DNA of 64,000 nt, taken from the NCBI GenBank assembly GCA_963753435.1, contig CAVWCF010000001.1:992001-1056000 (forward strand). Reading direction: 5' to 3'. The translations under genes were made by a program, and so were the position numbers. Below the pieces are notes generated by a model. It saw only the letters and a program-made list of their open reading frames with translations, was not told the origin of the DNA and did not search any database. Position 1 is the first letter of the stretch; each line of letters starts with the position of its first letter. Below, piece by piece: positions 54,882 through 64,000 of the stretch. Origin of the DNA: an uncultured Actinomycetota bacterium. GTDB lineage: Bacteria; Actinomycetota; Actinomycetes; CAVWCF01.

Positions 54882-54971
54882 GGTGCGAGCGTAGTCGCGA
54901 CGAATCTGCGACGAACATTCGGGCACTTGCCCCTTTGAACAAGGCCGGCGCTGACCTAACGTCGCCTCGCT

Positions 54972-55937
54972 ATGCACGACATGGGCGCAGTGGGCGCACG
55001 GCTGGGACAGGTCGCCGACGACGTAGTGGGCGTGGCGCGCACGCTCATGACGCCGCGAGGGGTGATCGGGGCCGCCACCGAGTTCGCCTGGCAGGCGACG
55101 CACTTGGCCATCTACCCGTGGGGGCTGCTGCGGGACCGCCTGATCATTGACGAGGCCCGCCTGCGGTTGGACGACCTGCCGCCGATCCGGCGCAGCTTGG
55201 CCGTTGGTGATGTGGAGGCGGCGTCCACGCCGATCGTCCTGCTGCACGGTGTCGGGGACAACCGCTCCATCTTCGCCCTGCTGCGGCGCGGACTCCGCCG
55301 CCGCGGGTTCGACCGCGTGCTCGGCTACAACTACAGCCCGTTCTCCTCCGACATCAGGGACGTCGCGGCCGAGTTGGCCGATGTCATCGAGAAGTTGTGC
55401 GAGGAGACCGGGTTCGAGCGCATCCACGTGATCGGCCACTCCATGGGCGGCCTGGTTGCGCGGTACTACGTGCAGCGCCTCGGTGGCGACGCCCGAGTGC
55501 ACACGCTGGTCACCTTGGGAACGCCACACTCGGGCACCCAGGTGGCGCGGTTGGTCCCGCACTCACTGGCGCGGCAGTTGCGGCCCGACAGCGACCTGAT
55601 GTCCGAACTGACCGAACCGGCCGAGTGCCGGACTCGGTTCCTGGCGGTTTGGAGCGACCTGGACCAGGTCGTCATCCCGCAGCGGTCAGCGCGGGTGGAT
55701 CACCCGGACCTGGGCGCCCGCAACGTCCTCGTGCGCGGCGTCGGACACCAGTCGCTGCCGGTGCATGGCCGGGTAATCCACGAGATATGCACCGCGCTGG
55801 CCCATCTTGATCATGAAGGCACCCAGACCGCCGCGGGTGTGACATCCCTCACGGCGGAGCGCGGTCGGCGGCCCGGCCGCAGCGGCGCCGCCAAGAACAC
55901 CACGGCGGCGCCAGCGCGACGGGCCCGCCGCAACTGA
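54972..55937 (+). CDS. Alpha/beta hydrolase (lipase/esterase)
   Basis: LLHG, GHSMGG nucleophile elbow, [13 protein letters not shown]. Confidence 0.9.
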   Translation: MHDMGAVGARLGQVADDVVGVARTLMTPRGVIGAATEFAWQATHLAIYPWGLLRDRLIIDEARLRLDDLPPIRRSLAVGDVEAASTPIVLLHGVGDNRSIFALLRRGLRRRGFDRVLGYNYSPFSSDIRDVAAELADVIEKLCEETGFERIHVIGHSMGGLVARYYVQRLGGDARVHTLVTLGTPHSGTQVARLVPHSLARQLRPDSDLMSELTEPAECRTRFLAVWSDLDQVVIPQRSARVDHPDLGARNVLVRGVGHQSLPVHGRVIHEICTALAHLDHEGTQTAAGVTSLTAERGRRPGRSGAAKNTTAAPARRARRN

Positions 55938-55958
55938 CCTGCACGGACGTCCGCAGAG

Positions 55959-55974
55959 TGTGATCTGGGTCACC
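55959..55974. promoter_or_regulatory. CRP/GlxR-like site upstream of the M23 peptidase
   Basis: TGTGA-TCTGGG-TCACC versus consensus TGTGA-N6-TCACA (9/10). Confidence 0.55.
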
Positions 55975-56128
55975 GCCGATCACGGTCGCCGCGGCTCACT
56001 TGGCTGCTGAGCCAGGGCGTGTTGCGCTCTTCGGCCCTTCTGGCTAGCCGTTTGGCCCTGCCTACTCGTGGGTAACCCCGCCATGTCCCAAGGCCCCCGG
56101 CCGGTTCCCCTCCGAAAGGCCCGCCCCG

Positions 56129-56914
56129 ATGACCCCGCACCCCCGACACGCTCGCTCCGTCCACCACGTCCGGCAGCTGCGGTCCAACCGCGCCGTGCGC
56201 GTTGGTGGCGCCGGGATCGGCGCCCTGGCGCTAATTGGCGCGATCATCGGCAGCGGTAGTGCCGGCGCACAGGTCTCGTCCTACTCCCCGCTGGCTTCGG
56301 AACAGACCCAGGGCCCGGAGCGGCCTGTTGAAGGATCAGACGCGTGGGCGGAGATGAAGGCGGCCGCGGAACTGGCTGAGCGCCGGGCCGCGGAAGCCGA
56401 AGCAGCTCGACAGGCAGCAGCAGCCGCGGCAGCGAAGGCCGCCGCGGAAAAGAAGGCAGCCGAGGTCGCCGCAGCACGCAAGGCTGCTGCCGCGAAGGCT
56501 GCTCGTGCCGCCGCACGCGCCGCGTGGGTGGCGCCGCTCACCAACTACCGAATTTCTGCCGGTTTCGGCGCCGGTGGCTCACTGTGGTCTTCAGGCCAGC
56601 ACACCGGCCAGGACTTCTCCGCGCCCCGAGGCACCCCAGTCCGCGCAGTAGCCGCGGGCACGGTCATCAGCGCCGGCTCGGCCGGCCGCTACGGCAAGCA
56701 GATCGCGATCCGCCACAGCGACGGGACCGTAACGACGTATTCGCACCTGTCGTCCATCTCCGTGGGCTCCGGCACCGTCAAGACCGGCCAGAAGATCGGC
56801 GCCGTCGGCAGCACCGGCAACGCCACCGGTTCGCACCTGCACTTCGAGGTGCTCCGTGGCGGCGCCCAGGTCAACCCGCTGAAGTACCTGCGGGCAAAGG
56901 GCGCTCGCGTCTGA
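56129..56914 (+). CDS. M23 family metallopeptidase with Ala-rich coiled coil
   Basis: HTGQDF, YSHLS, GSTGNATGSHLHFEV; N-terminal hydrophobic segment. Confidence 0.92.
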   Translation: MTPHPRHARSVHHVRQLRSNRAVRVGGAGIGALALIGAIIGSGSAGAQVSSYSPLASEQTQGPERPVEGSDAWAEMKAAAELAERRAAEAEAARQAAAAAAAKAAAEKKAAEVAAARKAAAAKAARAAARAAWVAPLTNYRISAGFGAGGSLWSSGQHTGQDFSAPRGTPVRAVAAGTVISAGSAGRYGKQIAIRHSDGTVTTYSHLSSISVGSGTVKTGQKIGAVGSTGNATGSHLHFEVLRGGAQVNPLKYLRAKGARV

Positions 56915-56929
56915 GCGGACGAGTTCGGC

Positions 56930-56972
56930 TTCGGCCTGCGGCGTGAGGGCACGTCGCAGGCTGAACGCTTTT
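56930..56972 (+). terminator. Intrinsic terminator after the M23 gene (between convergent genes)
   Basis: 16-bp stem TTCGGCCTGCGGCGTG / CACGTCGCAGGCTGAA (2 G-U pairs) followed by CGCTTTT. Confidence 0.75.
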
Positions 56973-56986
56973 CCGGCCGGTTCCCG

Positions 56987-59251
56987 CTACAGCCGCTCGA
57001 CGGGTGCGTAGCGCAGCAACAGCCGTTTGGTGCCGAGCTCACCGAAATCGATGGTCGCCTCGGAGTTCGCCCCGCCGCCGGCGGTGGCCACAACGGTGCC
57101 GAGACCGAAGGTGTCGTGGGAAACCCGGTCCCCCGGGGTCAGGCTGATGACCTCACGGTTGCCGGGACTAGCCGTACCGCGGCGGCTGGCCGCGGCGGCC
57201 AAACTGGGAGCGGTCCTGCCGGTGGCAACCGTTGCCGGGCGCTCCCACTCGATTAGTTCGGCGGGGATCTCCTCCAGGAACCGACTGGCCGGCCACGCCT
57301 GCGGCTGCCCCCACGCGGATCGGCTGAGTGCTCGGGAGACGTGCAGTCGCTGCCGGGCCCGGGTTATCCCCACGTACGCCAGCCGGCGTTCCTCGGCCAA
57401 CTCTGCGGCCTCCCCCAGGGATCGGCTGTGCGGGAAGACGCCGTCCTCCATGCCGGTCAGGAACACCACCGGGAACTCCAAGCCCTTGGCGGTGTGCAGC
57501 GTCATCAACGTCACGACCTTGTCGACGGCGTCGGGGATCTCGTCGGCATCAGCAACCAGGGCCACCCGTTCGAGGAAGTCCGCCAGCGTCCCGTCGGGGC
57601 GGGCCTGGATGAACTCCGAGGCGACCGCCTCCAGCTCGCGCAGGTTCTCCACGCGCGTTTCGTCCTGCGGGTCCGCGCTGCGCTCCAGTTCAGCCAGGTA
57701 CCCGGACTTCACGAGGATGTGCTGAATCAGGTCAGCGGGCGGAGCGCCGTCGGCGGTTATCTCCAGCAGTTCGTCCCACATCTTCACGAAGGCCTGGATG
57801 GCGGCCAGCGACCGCGACGCGAGGTGCTCTGACTCCTCGGCGCGACGCAGCGCCTGGCCGAAGCCGATCCCGTAGGTCGCGGCCAGCGCGTCAACTGCGG
57901 CCTCAGCCCGCTCACCGATGCCCCGGCGGGGGGTGTTCAGGATGCGCCGCAGGCTCACCTCGTCGTCCGGGTTGGCCAGGATCCGCAGGTAGGCCAGCGC
58001 GTCGCGAATCTCCTTGCGCTCGTAGAAGCGCACCGCGCCGACGACGCGGTAGGGCATGCCCGTGCGGATGAACACTTCCTCAAACACCCGGGACTGCGCG
58101 TTGGTGCGATAGAAGACAGCTACATCGCCGGGGACCGCCTGGCCCGCGTCGGAGAGCGCGTCGATGCGGGAGGCGACCCAAGCCGCCTCGTCGTGTTCGT
58201 TGTCGGCGACGTACCCGACGATCCGGTCGCCGGCACCGGCGTCGGTCCACAGGCGCTTCTCCGGACGGTCCGGGTTACGCGCAATCACCGCGTTCGCTGC
58301 GGACAGCACGGTCTGGGTGGATCGGTAGTTCTGCTCCAACAGGATGGTGCGCGCGGCCGGGTAATCCGCCTCGAACTGCAGGATGTTTCGGATCGTCGCA
58401 CCGCGGAACGCGTAGATGGCCTGGTCGGAGTCCCCGACGACCAGCAACTCCGCGGGCGGCAGTTTGGGGTTCGCAGTCCCGACCAACTCCCGGATCAGCG
58501 CGTACTGCGCATGGTTGGTGTCCTGGTACTCGTCTACCAGGATGTGCCGGAAGCGGCGGCGGTAGTGCTCGGCCACATCCGGGTGCGTCCGCAGCAGGTG
58601 CACTGTTCTGGCGATCAGGTCGTCGAAGTCGGCCGCGTTGGCTGCGGCCAACCGCCGCTCGTACTCGGTGAAGACGTCAACAGCGGTCCGTTGCAGGTGG
58701 TCGGCGGCGACGCTGGCCGCGGCCGATGCATCCAGGAGGTCGTTCTTCCACGACGAGATGCGGTTGGCGATGGCGCGCGGCGGGTAGCGGCGGGGGTCCA
58801 GGTCGCGATCGCGGCAGATGGCGGTGATGAGCCGCAACGAGTCGGTGGCGTCGTAGATGGAGAAGGACGAGGACATCCCCAGGTGGGCCGCCTCGCGGCG
58901 CAGGATCCGCACGCACGCGGAGTGGAAGGTAGACACCCACATGGACCGGGCGCGCGGCCCGACCAGGTCCACAACCCGCTCGCGCATCTCGGCCGCGGCC
59001 TTGTTCGTGAACGTGATGGCGAGGATCTCGCCAGGTTGGGCGTCACCGGAGGCCAGCAGATGCGCGATGCGGCGGGTGAGCACGCGAGTCTTGCCCGAAC
59101 CCGCGCCGGCGACGACCAGAACCGGCCCGCCGCGATGGGCGACAGCTTCGGCCTGCTGTGGGTTGAGTCCCTCCAGCAGCGCGGCCGGGTCCGCGACCGC
59201 GGGGCGGCCGACTGGAACCGGCAGGTCGAGGTCGTCGAATAGCGTGCTCAT
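56987..59251 (-). CDS. pcrA: ATP-dependent DNA helicase PcrA/UvrD1
   Basis: AGAGSGKT, TFTNKAA, VDEYQDTN, LEQNYRST, HTAKGLEF, EERRLAYVGITRA. Confidence 0.96.
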   Translation of the reverse strand: MSTLFDDLDLPVPVGRPAVADPAALLEGLNPQQAEAVAHRGGPVLVVAGAGSGKTRVLTRRIAHLLASGDAQPGEILAITFTNKAAAEMRERVVDLVGPRARSMWVSTFHSACVRILRREAAHLGMSSSFSIYDATDSLRLITAICRDRDLDPRRYPPRAIANRISSWKNDLLDASAAASVAADHLQRTAVDVFTEYERRLAAANAADFDDLIARTVHLLRTHPDVAEHYRRRFRHILVDEYQDTNHAQYALIRELVGTANPKLPPAELLVVGDSDQAIYAFRGATIRNILQFEADYPAARTILLEQNYRSTQTVLSAANAVIARNPDRPEKRLWTDAGAGDRIVGYVADNEHDEAAWVASRIDALSDAGQAVPGDVAVFYRTNAQSRVFEEVFIRTGMPYRVVGAVRFYERKEIRDALAYLRILANPDDEVSLRRILNTPRRGIGERAEAAVDALAATYGIGFGQALRRAEESEHLASRSLAAIQAFVKMWDELLEITADGAPPADLIQHILVKSGYLAELERSADPQDETRVENLRELEAVASEFIQARPDGTLADFLERVALVADADEIPDAVDKVVTLMTLHTAKGLEFPVVFLTGMEDGVFPHSRSLGEAAELAEERRLAYVGITRARQRLHVSRALSRSAWGQPQAWPASRFLEEIPAELIEWERPATVATGRTAPSLAAAASRRGTASPGNREVISLTPGDRVSHDTFGLGTVVATAGGGANSEATIDFGELGTKRLLLRYAPVERL

Positions 59252-59373
59252 CGCACCGCCACTTTAGGTGGCGGCGCCGACGCGGTGCCGGGCCATGCCG
59301 CGCCGGGCGCGCGGTCGCGGACAGTGACCGTGCCAGGATGAGCGAGCCGCAGCAGCTACGGAGGGGAGCGATC

Positions 59374-60093
59374 GTGCTTAGCGACGCCGAGGTGGAGCGG
59401 GCACTGGTGGTCACGGCTCATCCGGACGACGTGGACTTTGGCGCTTCCGGGACCATCGCCACTTGGTCGGACGCAGGCATCGCAGTTACGTACTGCGTCT
59501 GCACGGACGGGCAGGCCGGCGGGTTCGACCCGGAGTTGCCGCGCGAGCGCATCCCGGAGATCCGGCGAGCCGAACAGATCGCCGCGGCGCGGGTCGCCGG
59601 GGTGACCGATGTTCGCTTCCTGGGGTACGTGGATGGCGAGTTGGAGGTGACCCGCGATCTGGTGCGCGACATCGTCCGGGTCATCCGCCAGGTTCGGCCG
59701 CAGCGCGTGATGCTCATGAACCCCGAACGTTGGTGGGATCGCATCGGCGCCTCCCATGCCGACCACATGGCGTCCGGTGAGGCCACGATCCGCGCCGTCT
59801 ACCCCGAGTCGCGCAACCCCTTCGCCTTCCCGGCGCTGCTGGCCGAGGAGGGGCTGGAGGCATGGACGGTGCCGGAGGTTTGGGTGATGGCCGTACCCGA
59901 CCCCAACCACTTCGTCGACGTGACCGAGCAGTTCGACCGCAAGATCGAAGCCATCATGGCGCATGAGTCTCAGCACCCGGACCGCGACAAGGTTCCCGAG
60001 ATGGTGCGCACATGGATGGTCGGAAACGCCGAACGCGCCCCGCTACCGGAGGGCCGGCTGGCCGAGGCGTTTCGCGTTCACAGCACCGGCTAG
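59374..60093 (+). CDS. PIG-L family deacetylase
   Basis: AHPDDVDFG, RRAEQ, HADH, HESQ. Confidence 0.92.
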   Translation: MLSDAEVERALVVTAHPDDVDFGASGTIATWSDAGIAVTYCVCTDGQAGGFDPELPRERIPEIRRAEQIAAARVAGVTDVRFLGYVDGELEVTRDLVRDIVRVIRQVRPQRVMLMNPERWWDRIGASHADHMASGEATIRAVYPESRNPFAFPALLAEEGLEAWTVPEVWVMAVPDPNHFVDVTEQFDRKIEAIMAHESQHPDRDKVPEMVRTWMVGNAERAPLPEGRLAEAFRVHSTG

Positions 60094-60128
60094 ACCGCGC
60101 CGGCCAGCCCCGCCGGCCCAGGCCGGGA

Positions 60129-60470
60129 CTACCAGAGAACCGCGATTGCGATGTTCGCGACGGTGAGCAGCCCGATGGCCCACCACACCCCGGCGCTGAT
60201 GGAGTCCCGCTTGCGGTTGATCCATGCCAGCGCAGTGATGACCAGAATGATCACGGTCTTCACCGTGATCTTGGCGTTGTCCGGTTCGCCGTCGTCGGCG
60301 TAGATCAAGCCGACCAGCAAGATGCCGGTGACCAGCTGAGTGAGCGCGCCGTGCAGCATCGCGGAGTTCACGACCTTCGTGGGTGTCCGCAACTGGACGA
60401 AGAAGCCGCCGAACAGGGCAGACATGCCGATGAAATGCAGGATCAGGACCAGGTCACGAACGAAATCCAT
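60129..60470 (-). CDS. Small 4-TM hypothetical protein
   Basis: LHFIG..LFGG, MLHGALTQLVTG, KITVK, NIAIAVLW. Confidence 0.8.
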   Translation of the reverse strand: MDFVRDLVLILHFIGMSALFGGFFVQLRTPTKVVNSAMLHGALTQLVTGILLVGLIYADDGEPDNAKITVKTVIILVITALAWINRKRDSISAGVWWAIGLLTVANIAIAVLW

Positions 60471-60543
60471 GGGCGCACCGTAGCCGCGAACGCACCCCGC
60501 TCGACCAAAGGGGACCCGATCGCCGGATAGGTGCCGTGAGACC

Positions 60544-60586
60544 GGGGTCCTCGGGCCCTGACAGCGACGCCAATGGTTCCTAGGCT
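60544..60586 (+). promoter_or_regulatory. DosR/DevR/OsdR-like box (60544-60559) plus -10 TAGGCT (60581-60586)
   Basis: GGGGTCCTCGGGCCCT resembles AGGG(A/C)C-N4-GGCCCT; GTG start 6 nt after the -10. Confidence 0.6.
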
Positions 60587-60592
60587 GGATGT

Positions 60593-61726
60593 GTGACCAC
60601 CGCCGAGCCCCGGGTTCTGGACTTGGCAGGCGTGCAGGCACTGCTTGACGCCCTGCGCGCGCAGGGCCGCACCGTCATCGGCCCGCGGGCGCGCGATGGC
60701 GCGATCGTGCTCGGCGAAGTCGCGGAAGTGGCTGACCTGCCGGTCGGCTACCGGGACGAGCAGTCCCCAGGTCACTACCGGGCGGGCCCAGCCGCTTCGA
60801 GTACTGCGCTTTTCGCCTACGCGGCGCCGGCGCAGTCCTGGCGACGGTTCCTGCAGCCGGCCCGGGAGTTGTTGTGGGAAGCCAACCGGGCCGAGGACGG
60901 CTTCACCGTCAACCAGCCAGCCCCGCACGCGCAGCCAGTGGCGTTCATCGGCATTCGTTCCTGCGACTTGGCAGCACTGGGGATCACCGACCGGGTGCTG
61001 GGTGCTGGGCGTGACCGCGGGTACACAGCCAGGCGCGGCGACGTCTTCATCGTGACCACTTCCTGCACACACCCCAGTGAGGTCTGCTTCTGCACCTCCA
61101 TGGGGACCGGACCCGCAGCGGACAGCGGCTACGACCTGCGCGTGGTGGAGGTGTGCGACACCGACAGACACGAGTTCCTGGTGGACGCCGGCTCCACTGC
61201 CGGCGCGCAGATGTTGGACCAACTCCCGAACACGGCTGCGGAGCCTGGTCTCGTGCAAGCAGCCGCAGACGCCGTACAGCACGCCGCGGAGTCGATGGTT
61301 CGCGCCATGGACCCGGCCGCACCCAGGCTGGCGGCGCAGTACCCCGATCACCCGCACTGGGACGACGTCGCCTCCAGATGCCTGGCCTGCGCCAACTGCA
61401 CCTTGGTCTGCCCGACCTGCTTCTGCGGCGGGTTTGAGGACCGCACGGACCTGACCGGGCAGACGGCCGAGCGCTGGCGCAACTGGGACTCCTGCTTCAA
61501 CGAAGGCTTCTCGTTCCTGCACGGCGGCCCGGTGCGCGCCGACACCAAGTCCCGCTACCGCCAGTGGCTGATGCACAAACTCGTCACCTGGGAGGACCAG
61601 TTCGGCACGTCCGGATGTGTCGGCTGCGGCCGCTGCATCACTTGGTGTCCACCCGGAATCGATCTGACCGTAGAGATCGCCGCCCTGGCCGAAGCACCGG
61701 GAGGTGCCCATGAGAACCATTCGTGA
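60593..61726 (+). CDS. Group 3b [NiFe]-hydrogenase beta (4Fe-4S) subunit
   Basis: GIRSCDL, CFCTSMG, CLACANCTLVCPTCFC, CVGCGRCITWCP. Confidence 0.9.
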   Translation: MTTAEPRVLDLAGVQALLDALRAQGRTVIGPRARDGAIVLGEVAEVADLPVGYRDEQSPGHYRAGPAASSTALFAYAAPAQSWRRFLQPARELLWEANRAEDGFTVNQPAPHAQPVAFIGIRSCDLAALGITDRVLGAGRDRGYTARRGDVFIVTTSCTHPSEVCFCTSMGTGPAADSGYDLRVVEVCDTDRHEFLVDAGSTAGAQMLDQLPNTAAEPGLVQAAADAVQHAAESMVRAMDPAAPRLAAQYPDHPHWDDVASRCLACANCTLVCPTCFCGGFEDRTDLTGQTAERWRNWDSCFNEGFSFLHGGPVRADTKSRYRQWLMHKLVTWEDQFGTSGCVGCGRCITWCPPGIDLTVEIAALAEAPGGAHENHS

Positions 61727-62174
61727 CCTGCTGGCCGAGCAGCCCTTGTTCGCCGATCTGCCCGCGGCAGATCTGGACTTCCTGGCCGGATGCGGACGCA
61801 ACGTGCACTTCGACGCCGGTCAGCATGTGCTGCACTCCGGCGCCGCAGCGGACTACTTCTACTTGCTGCGCAAGGGTGCGGTTCGGCTGGAGATCGACCA
61901 ACCCGGACGCGGATCCCTGGCGGCGGAGACGCTGCGACCCGGTGACATCGTCGGGATCTCCTGGCTCTTCCCGCCCTATCGCTACGCCTTTGACGGCCTC
62001 GCCGTGGAGCCGTGCGACCTGATCGCCCTGGATGCCAAGTGCATGCGAACCAAGTGCGACGAGGACCCGCGGCTCGGCTACCTGTTGATGAAGCGCTTCG
62101 CGGCGCTGCTGACCACGCGGCTGCACCATCTGCAGTTGCGCGCCCTGGACCTGTACGCCAATGACGTTCGCTGA
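61710..62174 (+). CDS. Stand-alone cyclic nucleotide-binding domain protein
   Basis: ADYFYLLRKGAV, PGDIVGISWLFPPY; no HTH. Confidence 0.88.
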   Translation: MRTIRDLLAEQPLFADLPAADLDFLAGCGRNVHFDAGQHVLHSGAAADYFYLLRKGAVRLEIDQPGRGSLAAETLRPGDIVGISWLFPPYRYAFDGLAVEPCDLIALDAKCMRTKCDEDPRLGYLLMKRFAALLTTRLHHLQLRALDLYANDVR

Positions 62175-63003
62175 CACGGTGTCCGCCACCCCCGCCGCCG
62201 ACGCGCTTGGCGTGGCGCCGGCTCGGTACCGGGTCGCGTGGCGACGGCCGGACACCGCCGACACGGTGACGCTGGCGTTGGACCCCGTGGACGAACCGAT
62301 CGCACCCGGGCAGCCCGGCCAGTTCCACATGGTCTACGCGTTCGGTGTCGGCGAGGTTCCGTTGTCCATCAGCGGCACCGCGGACGCGTCCGGTCGGGTG
62401 GAGCACACCGTTCGCATCGTCGGAGCGGTCACTGCGGCGATCGCCGCCGCCGAGCCGGGAACCATGCTCGGCGTGCGTGGTCCGTTGGGCGTCGGGTTCG
62501 ACCCGGCACCAGGACCGCTGATCATCTTGGCCGGCGGGCTGGGGCTGGCCCCGCTACGACCCGTCATCCGCGCCGCGGCCGCACGAGCCGAGCCGGCCCG
62601 TCTGCTCATCGGCGCGCGCACGCCCGACCAACTGCTCTATACCGACGAGTACGAACAGTGGCGCTCGGCCGGCCTCGACGTACGGGTAACCGTGGATGCC
62701 GCCCCCGTCGGCTGGGACGGCAACGTGGGTGTGATCACCACGCTGCTGCCGGGCCTGAACCTGGACTTCGCCACCGCAGCGGCCGTCCTCTGCGGGCCGG
62801 AGCCGATGATGCGCTTCGCTGGCCGCGACCTCGTGGACCGCGGCACGCGGCCAGATCGAATCCAGGTCAGCCTGGAACGAAACATGCACTGCGGGGTGGG
62901 CACCTGCGGTCGCTGCCAGCTGGGGCCGTGGCTGTTGTGCACGCACGGCCCAGTTCTCAGTTACCACCAGGTTGATGACCTCTGGTCGGTTCGGGAGCGG
63001 TGA
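62161..63003 (+). CDS. Group 3b hydrogenase gamma (FAD/NAD(P), 2Fe-2S) subunit
   Basis: [42 protein letters not shown]. Confidence 0.9.
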   Translation: MTFADTVSATPAADALGVAPARYRVAWRRPDTADTVTLALDPVDEPIAPGQPGQFHMVYAFGVGEVPLSISGTADASGRVEHTVRIVGAVTAAIAAAEPGTMLGVRGPLGVGFDPAPGPLIILAGGLGLAPLRPVIRAAAARAEPARLLIGARTPDQLLYTDEYEQWRSAGLDVRVTVDAAPVGWDGNVGVITTLLPGLNLDFATAAAVLCGPEPMMRFAGRDLVDRGTRPDRIQVSLERNMHCGVGTCGRCQLGPWLLCTHGPVLSYHQVDDLWSVRER

Positions 63004-63782
63004 TGAGCGCGAAACCCACCCTGGCCGTCTGGAAGTTCGCCAGTTGCGACGGTTGCCAACTCTCCGTGCTCGACTGCGAACGCGACCTGATCGCCCTGTC
63101 CGAGCAAGTCGAGATCGCGCACTTCCTGGAGGCCTCCAGCGCCATCAGCGACGGACCGTACGACGTGTCCCTGGTGGAGGGCTCGATCACAACTGCCGCG
63201 GACGCCGAACGCATCCAGCGCGTGCGGGAGCAGTCCCGAACGCTCATCACGATCGGGGCATGCGCCACGGCTGGCGGGATTCAGGCACTGCGGAACTTCG
63301 GCGACACCGACGCCTGGGCCGCGCAGGTCTATCCGAGCCCGGAGTACCTCGACGTTCTGGGCACATCGACACCTATCGCCGAACACGTCCGCGTGGACTT
63401 CGAGTTGCGTGGCTGCCCGATCGACAAGGACCAGTTGCTGGAAGTGGTTGGCGCCCTGCTCGCAGGCCGCCGCCCCCGGACGCCGTCTTGGAGCGTGTGC
63501 ACCGAGTGCAAGCGGGCGGGTCAGGTATGCGTGACCGTTGCGCACGGCACGCCCTGCCTGGGACCGGTCACCCACGGCGGGTGCGGGGCGCTGTGCCCTG
63601 GCTACGACCGCGGCTGCTTCGGCTGCTTCGGTCCCAAGGAGCGCGCGAACACATCGTCGATGGCGGCGGTGCTGACCGCGGCCGAGGTGTCCGGCCCGAC
63701 GCGGTTGCGGCTCTTCCGCACGTTCAACGCCGGCGCTCCCGCGTTCGCGGAAGCCGCCGAGCGCGAGAAGGGACAGCCATGA
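63003..63782 (+). CDS. Group 3b hydrogenase delta (small) subunit
   Basis: [41 protein letters not shown]. Confidence 0.92.
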   Translation: MSAKPTLAVWKFASCDGCQLSVLDCERDLIALSEQVEIAHFLEASSAISDGPYDVSLVEGSITTAADAERIQRVREQSRTLITIGACATAGGIQALRNFGDTDAWAAQVYPSPEYLDVLGTSTPIAEHVRVDFELRGCPIDKDQLLEVVGALLAGRRPRTPSWSVCTECKRAGQVCVTVAHGTPCLGPVTHGGCGALCPGYDRGCFGCFGPKERANTSSMAAVLTAAEVSGPTRLRLFRTFNAGAPAFAEAAEREKGQP

Positions 63783-64000
63783 CACATCGGGAGATCCGAG
63801 TGGAGGCGTTACCTCGCGTCGAAGGCGAGGGCGCGATGCATGTCGACATCGCCGACGGCGTGCTGCAGAACGTGCAGCTGTCCATCTACGAACCACCGCG
63901 GTTCTTCGAGGCGCTCCTGGTTGGCCGGGAGTTCACCGAACCACCCGACATCACCGCGCGTATCTGCGGCATCTGCCCGGTCGCCTATCAGATGAGCGCT
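63779..64000 (+). CDS. Group 3b [NiFe]-hydrogenase alpha (large) subunit, 3'-truncated by window edge
   Basis: Translates as [37 protein letters not shown] (L1 motif); ATGA overlap. Confidence 0.92.
   Translation, partial: MTHREIRVEALPRVEGEGAMHVDIADGVLQNVQLSIYEPPRFFEALLVGREFTEPPDITARICGICPVAYQMSA

Noticed and set aside
55940-56128. Possible c-di-AMP (ydaO) riboswitch before the M23 peptidase
   Set aside because: Conserved ydaO blocks (GCCGAATCC, GGGGAACC, CCGTCAGCTAAC) are not present
56350-56525. Repetitive GCC/GCA-rich tract in the M23 gene
   Set aside because: Ordinary Ala/Lys/Glu coiled-coil linker

Overview
High-GC actinobacterial chromosome segment, mostly core genes in the order typical of Streptomyces/Frankia-like genomes. 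In order: propionyl/acyl-CoA carboxylase (accD-accE-maf-accA), lpdA, a nucleoside uptake and catabolism cluster (phospho-sugar mutase, deoC, a split ALDH16-like pair, cupin, deoA, cdd, BMP-type ABC transporter), methylmalonyl-CoA mutase, dac, trpS, icd, mdh, folD, purH-purN, sucCD, an M23 peptidase, pcrA, and the start of a group 3b [NiFe]-hydrogenase operon. There are two accessory blocks. The first (3.5-8.1 kb) holds an RPH/PigC-type dikinase-architecture gene, a coupled membrane gene and a polytopic PhoD. The second (~33.5-48.7 kb) separates purH from folD and holds a frameshifted DUF222-HNH gene under a perfect LexA box, a sulfatase, a GNAT remnant, a near-identically duplicated small membrane gene flanking a VOC/PadR cassette, and ClC plus gadB. 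Best leads: a shared DosR/OsdR-like promoter in front of the dikinase-like pair and the hydrogenase; a probable ATC start codon for the nucleoside ABC ATPase; the split ALDH16; the repeat-flanked cassette; and LexA plus DnaA boxes at the DUF222 gene. No rRNA, tRNA, CRISPR array or transposase was recognised. All family calls come from motif recognition by eye, not database searches.
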